From Candidatus Poribacteria bacterium (lineage in GTDB: Bacteria > Poribacteria > WGA-4E > PCPOR2b), in the NCBI GenBank assembly GCA_965208675.1, contig OZ242351.1, positions 3,872,001 through 3,936,000 of the forward strand: a stretch of DNA of 64,000 nucleotides. The letters are read 5' to 3'. The position numbers and the translations under genes were made by a program. The notes under the pieces were generated by a model that worked only from the letters and a program-made list of their open reading frames with translations, was not told the DNA's origin and made no database searches. This document shows positions 57,685 to 64,000 of this stretch, piece after piece. Numbering within the stretch: position 1 is the first letter of the stretch; each line of letters begins with the position of its first letter.

Positions 57685-58653
57685 ATGCAGAAGAACTTCT
57701 TAAGGACTTCGTTGATTGCCACTACAATCGGATTGTTAATCACTGTTTTGTTGATTAACAACCTTCATGCCGAATACAACGGGGAATGTTGGGTGGTCAG
57801 TAATGGTGATACCGTTCGCAAACTCTATCCAGATGGAAAAGCAGACCAAAGAGAAATTCCCAATCTTACTCAGGCGCAAACTGCGGAGGTAAATCCCAGA
57901 GATGGTACTGTGTGGATTGCAGTATCGGCTGCGAATACGGTCTACAAGTTTAACCCTACCAGCGGCGAGTTCATTCCAATACCGAACATCAAACGGCCGC
58001 ATTCCGTATCAATTAACCCAGTCGATGGCACGGTATGGATTGGCGGGCTTGACGTGGTCGTCAAGGTGTCCTCGGCTGGTCAGGTCCTCGCCACCATCCC
58101 CGGCGTGTACGAACCGGAAGTTGCTGTCAATCTGACCGATGGGAGTTGCTGGGTAACCGACTCCAGAGGGAAAGTCGCTCGTTATGATTCCAGCGGGGCG
58201 CTTGTGGTAACCTCTCCGGCGAAACTCACGGAACCCAAATACGTTACTGTTAATTCGAAAACGGGCGATGCGTGGGTGGCGGATATGCAGGCGAACATTC
58301 TTGTTAAACTAGACGCGAATGGCCGCGAACTTGTGCGGCTTACAGATATCCCTTTGCCGACTTCACCGCAGGTTAATTCCCAAGATGGCAGCCTTTGGGT
58401 TGTCGCCGATTCCTCCTCGCTGATTAAGCTCTCCGCCAACGGCCAGAGGATTAAGGAAATCCAAAACGTTGGGCTGGCAATCCTGGCAATTAGTCTTGAT
58501 CCGAAAGACGGCAGTCTTTGGATTGCGGATCAGCTTGGATCGACCTTTCAAGGCGAAGTCAGTAAATACTCGGCGGACGGACGGAAGTTGTTTGGAACCA
58601 GCGAAATTCAAATGCCATCCTACGTTTCCGTGGGTTATTGGGCAGGTGAATAA
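57685..58653 (+). CDS. secreted NHL/Vgb-like beta-propeller
   Basis: Seven VNPxDGxxWV-type repeats; signal peptide. Confidence 0.8.
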   Translation: MQKNFLRTSLIATTIGLLITVLLINNLHAEYNGECWVVSNGDTVRKLYPDGKADQREIPNLTQAQTAEVNPRDGTVWIAVSAANTVYKFNPTSGEFIPIPNIKRPHSVSINPVDGTVWIGGLDVVVKVSSAGQVLATIPGVYEPEVAVNLTDGSCWVTDSRGKVARYDSSGALVVTSPAKLTEPKYVTVNSKTGDAWVADMQANILVKLDANGRELVRLTDIPLPTSPQVNSQDGSLWVVADSSSLIKLSANGQRIKEIQNVGLAILAISLDPKDGSLWIADQLGSTFQGEVSKYSADGRKLFGTSEIQMPSYVSVGYWAGE

Positions 58654-58904
58654 GGCATAAATCAATTTCGTTCTGCAGATAATAACGCCGCAGAGCGACG
58701 AAGAGTCCATATTTCAGTTATTGAACCGGTGAAATAGGTTCGTGACCCGCCATGTTTGCGCTGCTTTAGGATAAATCCTCCCAATATACTATTTGAGTTG
58801 CACTCCAAGTGTGTAGATAACGAGTTCAAACCTGTACAGAAAGCCCGCATGGATTTTCTACATCAATTCTCACGTGGTCGTTTTACACCTTTTACCGGCT
58901 AGAT

Positions 58905-61424
58905 TTGAGGGCTATTGTGTGTAAAGTATTTTCCTGTTTTCTCTCCTTTACGCTCTTTCTCTTTGCTGTTGGTGCCCTAGCACAGCCAGCAGCGCTGCCA
59001 GATTTTTCGGTGGATGCGGCGAGTATCACATTTTCCAATCCGTCGCCGCTCGAAGGCGAGGAGATAACAATCCGCGTCACGGTAAAGAACATCGGAGAGG
59101 CAGCGTCAACGCGCAATGAAGACCTGGTGGTAAATCTTTATGAAGGCAATCCCAATGTGGACAATCCGGCGAATAAGCCCCTTCGTATTTTATGCAGAGA
59201 TGCAATCTTTGGGCTAGCTCCCGGCAAATCTGACAGCGTGAAGACACAATGGCGGCCTCCGCCTGGTACGGTTGAGGTTTATGCTGTCGTTAACCCACCC
59301 GGAGATGACAAAGAAATTAGAGAGGTTAACCGGGAGAACAACACCGCCAACACTTCTATAACCGGAACGCCGCGCGCATTCCCTAAAGCAACACCGGCAC
59401 AGATTCAAACCGCAATTCAAAAAGGTGCGGAATGGGTCAAAGCCCAACAAGGAAAGCACAGCCGAACTTGTGTGCAATGTGGAACTGAGAATCAGCTAAT
59501 CTCTATCTGTATTATCTGCGGTGCAAACCTGAAAGGTCTGCCCGAAAATCTTCTGGATGGTCCTGCATGGGATTTTGGAGAAGACAGTCGGCAAGAAACT
59601 GCAATTGCATTGCTTACGCTGCTTTCGGCGGGTGTCCCCATCTCCGATCCTGTGGTACAAGAAGGGTTGGAATTTTTAACGCATCAGGATATGAACAATT
59701 TGCAAGTTTATCAACTAGCAATCATTCTGCCAGCGCTTGTCGCGGCGAACGATTCGAAATACCGTCAGCGCGCCCAGGTTGCGGTAAGTCAGCTTGTCAG
59801 AAACCAATTGCCGGTTAAAGGTGATGAATTCAGAGACCCAAGAGACGATGGCGGTTGGGGATATGGGACTACTGCGGATGGAGCGCATATGCACATGGTG
59901 ATTTATGCACTCTACGCTGCAAAACAGTGGGGTCTTGACATCCCGAAGGATACATGGGCGCGCGCCGAAAAGTGGATTCGACGCAATCAGATGGAAAGCG
60001 GCGGCTGGGTCTACAATCTCGTTGATGGCGGATCGCCTTGGGCGGAGGGAGTCTACGGCAGTATGACTGGAACAGGGCTGTGGGCGCTTCGTGCTTGCGG
60101 CGTCCCTGCGGAAGACCCGCAAATCCGGAAGGGGCAGGCGTGGGTTAAGGAGAATTGGTCGCTGACTCGAAACCCCGGATCGATTTCATGGCATTATTAC
60201 TATCTTGTCTCGCTGCAGCGATTCTGCGACATCCCTCCCAAGTTGGAGTCGCTTGCCGGGCATGATTGGTACCAGGAAATATCGAACATGCTCGTCGCCG
60301 AGCAGCAACCTGATGGGCGCTGGATTGACCACGAAGACTATTTCCCAACGACCTGTTTCGCGTTGATGTTTCTAACGCGCGCCCTACCGCGCCCTACCTC
60401 GCCTGACATCGGCGCTGTTCATAGGAGCCTTCGCTTCTCTCCGCCTGCACCGCGTGTTGGCGAACCGGTCCGAATTAGCGTAACCCTGACAAATACGGGA
60501 ATTCAGCTTGAAGAATCTATCGTGAAGGTCAATTTCTACGATGGAAATCCGGAACGGGATGGCAAAAAATTTGCCGATCAGGAGGTCATCTTTCATAGAA
60601 ATCTCGACGAAACCACCACCACGGTTAACTGGGTGCCTACGGAGGAGGGAAGCCGTGAAATCTACGTTCTTGTTGATCCGGATAAACGGATTGACGATTT
60701 AGATCGCGAGAATAATACCGTGTCCCAGGCATTGGATATTCGCCCCCAGTCCGCTGCTGCCATTGATATGACGCCAGTCCCTCAGGAGATTAGCGATGGC
60801 GTCCACCGTATGGGAGACGTTACGGTTGATTTCAACAAACGCGAAGTCTCCGTGCCGGGGGAAATTAATATCATTAGCGGAGATACCATCCTCGAATTTT
60901 TTGCCGTTGGCAAATTTGGCAAGACACATGAAAGTCTAATTATGGTCCACGCCGAACCCATACATATTCAACTTGCACTCGTACAACTAGGCATGTCTCC
61001 GGAGATGGACCTCACAATCGAAGGCGATCCCCGCCAACCTCAGGGTGATTCAGCCGAGGTTTGGGTAGAATGGGAGCGGGGAACCGAAGTTTTGCGCCAA
61101 CGCGCTGAAAAATTGGTGTGGAACGCCATGAACGCACATCCGATGCAGCAGACCCATTGGGTATTCACTGGTGCACGCATCGAAAATAATCAATTCACCG
61201 CGCAGAAATACCACAATATTATTGCGGTGTACCGCGACCCGGATTCAATCTTTAATCACCCCCTGCCCGGCGGCAAGGATGATCGAACCTATCGCGTCAA
61301 TACGGATGCCGTGCCGTCAAAGGGTACGCCTGTGAAGGTCATCATTCGCCCAGTTTCTGGCGAGGCTAGTGAAATAAAGTCAATGAATCGGCTTAAGGGT
61401 AGCTTAATTGAGGGGTGGTCATGA
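58905..61424 (+). CDS. secreted multidomain protein: CARDB - prenyltransferase/squalene-cyclase-like barrel - CARDB - YdjY-like
   Basis: PDFSV...VKNIG...E.N.ENN (CARDB, twice); DGGWGY, QMESGGWVY, QQPDGRW QW-type repeats; GKTHESL...WVFTG. Confidence 0.7.
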   Translation: MRAIVCKVFSCFLSFTLFLFAVGALAQPAALPDFSVDAASITFSNPSPLEGEEITIRVTVKNIGEAASTRNEDLVVNLYEGNPNVDNPANKPLRILCRDAIFGLAPGKSDSVKTQWRPPPGTVEVYAVVNPPGDDKEIREVNRENNTANTSITGTPRAFPKATPAQIQTAIQKGAEWVKAQQGKHSRTCVQCGTENQLISICIICGANLKGLPENLLDGPAWDFGEDSRQETAIALLTLLSAGVPISDPVVQEGLEFLTHQDMNNLQVYQLAIILPALVAANDSKYRQRAQVAVSQLVRNQLPVKGDEFRDPRDDGGWGYGTTADGAHMHMVIYALYAAKQWGLDIPKDTWARAEKWIRRNQMESGGWVYNLVDGGSPWAEGVYGSMTGTGLWALRACGVPAEDPQIRKGQAWVKENWSLTRNPGSISWHYYYLVSLQRFCDIPPKLESLAGHDWYQEISNMLVAEQQPDGRWIDHEDYFPTTCFALMFLTRALPRPTSPDIGAVHRSLRFSPPAPRVGEPVRISVTLTNTGIQLEESIVKVNFYDGNPERDGKKFADQEVIFHRNLDETTTTVNWVPTEEGSREIYVLVDPDKRIDDLDRENNTVSQALDIRPQSAAAIDMTPVPQEISDGVHRMGDVTVDFNKREVSVPGEINIISGDTILEFFAVGKFGKTHESLIMVHAEPIHIQLALVQLGMSPEMDLTIEGDPRQPQGDSAEVWVEWERGTEVLRQRAEKLVWNAMNAHPMQQTHWVFTGARIENNQFTAQKYHNIIAVYRDPDSIFNHPLPGGKDDRTYRVNTDAVPSKGTPVKVIIRPVSGEASEIKSMNRLKGSLIEGWS

Positions 61425-61463
61425 TTTTCACCGGGCATCGGGGAAGGATAATCGTAACAACAA

Positions 61464-62840
61464 ATGAACTTTATTGAGAAACTAAGAGATGTCCAAATTC
61501 TGGTTATGGACGTTGACGGGGTGTTGACAGACGGAAAACTCTACTATTCAGATTCGCGTGAGGAGATAAAGGCTTACAACGTTCGTGACGGACAGGGACT
61601 GAAGCTCATCAAAAGTCTTGGCATTAAGCTGGCTGTCATCTCAGGGCGAACAGGCGAGGCTGTTTGGAGGCGTGTGGAGGAACTGCATGTGGACGAGATT
61701 CGTCTGGGCGTGGGCGACAAACTTCCCGTTCTGCAGGACATTTTGCGTAGGCATAACATACCGTCGGACGAGGCGCTTTACATCGGAGACGATCTCGGCG
61801 ATATCGGCGTTTTGAACTTCGTTGGGTTGCCCGTTGCGGTCGCTGACGCCCACGATACCGCGAAGCGCAGCGCCGATTACGTAACGCGCAACATCGGTGG
61901 AGGCGGCGCCGTAAGAGAGATATGCGACATGATAATTTCTCAGAAAGAAGAACGCCCACAGAGTCCAGATGCTGTCGTGAAGCCAATGGACAACCGCCAA
62001 GACTGTTACCCCAATACAAATGTCGTTGCGATAAACGGTGTTCAGATTGGCGGAGGGCGCCCAATTGCGGTTATTGCGGGCCCCTGCGTTATTGAGAGCC
62101 GGGATCACTCGCTCAAGATGGCTGAAGCAATTAAAGGCATTTCGGAAAAATTGGGTGTCCCGTTTGTCTTCAAATCCTCGTATGACAAGGCGAACCGGTC
62201 CGCCATAAGCTCCTATCGAGGTCCCGGGCGTGAGAAGGGGCTTTCCATCTTAGCGGAGGTCCAAAAAGAGGTTGGCGTGCCGGTGCTTTCAGATGTACAC
62301 TGCGTCAACCAGGTTCAGCCCGCTTCGTCCGTGCTTGACGCGATTCAAATCCCCGCATTCCTGTGTAGACAAACAGATCTGCTCGTTTCGGCTGGAAGCA
62401 GCGGGAAACCAATCAACGTAAAGAAGGCGCAGTTCATGTCGCCGCAGGACATGAGCAATGTCGTTGACAAGGTAAAATCCACAGGAAACCAAAATATCCT
62501 GCTCACCGAAAGAGGCAGTTGTTTCGGTTACAATAATTTGGTCGTTGATATGAGTTCGATTCCTATCATGCAGTCCTCCGGATGTCCGGTTGTGTTCGAC
62601 GCGACGCACAGCACTCAGTTGCCGGGCGGCTTGGGGATGAGCTCCGGTGGACGAAGAGAGTTCGCGGCACATTTAGCGCGCGCAGCTACTGCAGTCGGGA
62701 TAGACGCACTGTTCATGGAGGTGCACGACCGTCCCGATGAGGCGCTTTGCGACGGGCAAAACATGATAAATCTGGAAATATTGGAATCTATACTGACGGC
62801 CGTTGTTCAGATAGACAAGATTGCGAAGCATATTCAATGA
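61464..62840 (+). CDS. kdsA: fused KDO-8-phosphate phosphatase (KdsC) / KDO-8-phosphate synthase (KdsA)
   Basis: N-terminal MDVDGVLTDG...YIGDDLGD...GGGAVRE; C-terminal IAGPCVIES, SYDKANRS, QIPAFLCRQTDL, FDATHS. Confidence 0.92.
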   Translation: MNFIEKLRDVQILVMDVDGVLTDGKLYYSDSREEIKAYNVRDGQGLKLIKSLGIKLAVISGRTGEAVWRRVEELHVDEIRLGVGDKLPVLQDILRRHNIPSDEALYIGDDLGDIGVLNFVGLPVAVADAHDTAKRSADYVTRNIGGGGAVREICDMIISQKEERPQSPDAVVKPMDNRQDCYPNTNVVAINGVQIGGGRPIAVIAGPCVIESRDHSLKMAEAIKGISEKLGVPFVFKSSYDKANRSAISSYRGPGREKGLSILAEVQKEVGVPVLSDVHCVNQVQPASSVLDAIQIPAFLCRQTDLLVSAGSSGKPINVKKAQFMSPQDMSNVVDKVKSTGNQNILLTERGSCFGYNNLVVDMSSIPIMQSSGCPVVFDATHSTQLPGGLGMSSGGRREFAAHLARAATAVGIDALFMEVHDRPDEALCDGQNMINLEILESILTAVVQIDKIAKHIQ

Positions 62841-63046
62841 CTGCCGGTGTTCGGTTCAGCGTTGCCTGTCGATGCTGAGCAGCTTAGTCGGACAGGTCCT
62901 GCCATCTTCTTCAATTCAGACGTAGTTGCCAATGGAGTCCTAAGTGTACGGCATTGCAGCAGTCGAACACAGATGTATCTACCTTATTCACGCATTTCAA
63001 TGGTTTCATTCTTGGAGGACAGAAAATCCACTCCCGGGTACATGCT

Positions 63047-64000
63047 ATGGAACGGCGATTAAATCCTAAAGCCCATGAAATCGTCATACTCGCTGAAGGT
63101 TCATTCGGCATTCTGGAATCAAAAGCAGCCGCCGTTTTGGTGCGATACCTGAGGGATAACGTCGTCGCCGTTATTGACAGCACGAAGGCGGGAAAAGATG
63201 CCGGTGAAATCGTAGGTGTTGGAACCGGAATCCCTATCGTCGGCTGCCTTTCAGAGGCAATGGAACTACATCCGTCAATGTTGGCAGTCGGAATCGCCCC
63301 GCCCGGAGGTGAGTTGCCTCCGAAATGGAAATCCATGCTGCGTGAAGCAATCGAATCTGGATTGCACATTATGAGTGGGCTTCATTGGTTTCTGAGCGTC
63401 GATCCGGAACTAGCAGAACTGGCAGACCGCCGTAACGTTATTCTATGGGATGTGCGCAAACCTCCGGGAAATCTCCCGATTGCAACCTGCAAAGCAGCCG
63501 ATGTCGATGCAACCGTTGTTTTAACCGTCGGATCAGATTGCCGCGTTGGAAAAATGGTTGTCGGAATCGAGCTTGCGAATGCGGCAAGAAGCCGCGGTTT
63601 GAATGCTGCATTTTGTCCGACCGGACAAAATGGAATGATGGTCTCCGGATGGGGAATCGCCGTTGACGCAGTGGTGTCTGACTTTACCGCAGGCGCGGTG
63701 GAGCAAATCGTTATTGAAGGCGCCCAAAATCACGACCTCCTCATTGTCGAGGGGCAGGGATCGCTAGTTCATCCGGGCTACTCCGGTGTCACGTTGAGCC
63801 TGTTGCACGGTTCTATGCCTGACGCGATGATTTTTTGCCACCAGCCCTCTCGAAAAAGTGTCGCACGTTACCCAATCCCTTTGCTGTCATTGGGAGAGAT
63901 GATTGCACAGTACGAAATTCTTGCCAATCCCATCAAACCCGCCAATGTCATTGGAATCGCTCTCAACTGTTTTGACCTCACCGAAAAACAAGCCCGTGAA
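63047..64000 (+). CDS. DUF1611-family P-loop protein (DgcN-like), runs off window
   Basis: Manual translation: IVILAEG...VVAVIDS...GIAPPGG.LP...SGLH...TVGSDCRVGKM...TGQNG...VEGQGSLVHPGYSGV..LLHGS. Confidence 0.88.
   Translation, partial: MERRLNPKAHEIVILAEGSFGILESKAAAVLVRYLRDNVVAVIDSTKAGKDAGEIVGVGTGIPIVGCLSEAMELHPSMLAVGIAPPGGELPPKWKSMLREAIESGLHIMSGLHWFLSVDPELAELADRRNVILWDVRKPPGNLPIATCKAADVDATVVLTVGSDCRVGKMVVGIELANAARSRGLNAAFCPTGQNGMMVSGWGIAVDAVVSDFTAGAVEQIVIEGAQNHDLLIVEGQGSLVHPGYSGVTLSLLHGSMPDAMIFCHQPSRKSVARYPIPLLSLGEMIAQYEILANPIKPANVIGIALNCFDLTEKQARE

Overview
Bacterial chromosomal window, probably Candidatus Poribacteria or a relative. That assignment is inferred from a LamG protein ending in the lineage-typical 'AVxxxGxxxxxWGxIK' tail and from the general gene repertoire. 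Housekeeping flanks carry asd and a cobalamin-riboswitch operon on the left, and an ECF sigma/anti-sigma pair, trxB, mfd, a SurA/parvulin cluster, lptD, recX, a CDF exporter, a kdsC-kdsA fusion and DUF1611 on the right. Between them lies a ~17 kb mosaic accessory island (~7.35-24.2 kb). The island holds two copies of an 'ECF sigma + GH108 lysozyme' unit plus a third lysozyme stub, an intact IS3, a decayed IS5, IS1595 remnants, phage-like relics, and a diverged copy of part of the left-flank B12 gene. Its most striking content is a tandem array of three diverged two-gene cassettes, each a secreted putative TIMP/NTR-like OB-fold protein translationally coupled to a secreted matrixin-like metzincin whose predicted mature N-terminus is His-Cys-His. 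Outside the island, LptD carries three nested parvulin (SurA-like) domains inserted in its barrel region, and a B12 riboswitch controls an unusual lipoprotein/membrane fusion plus a beta-propeller. No rRNA, tRNA or CRISPR array was seen. All family calls are motif recognition by eye; no searches were run.
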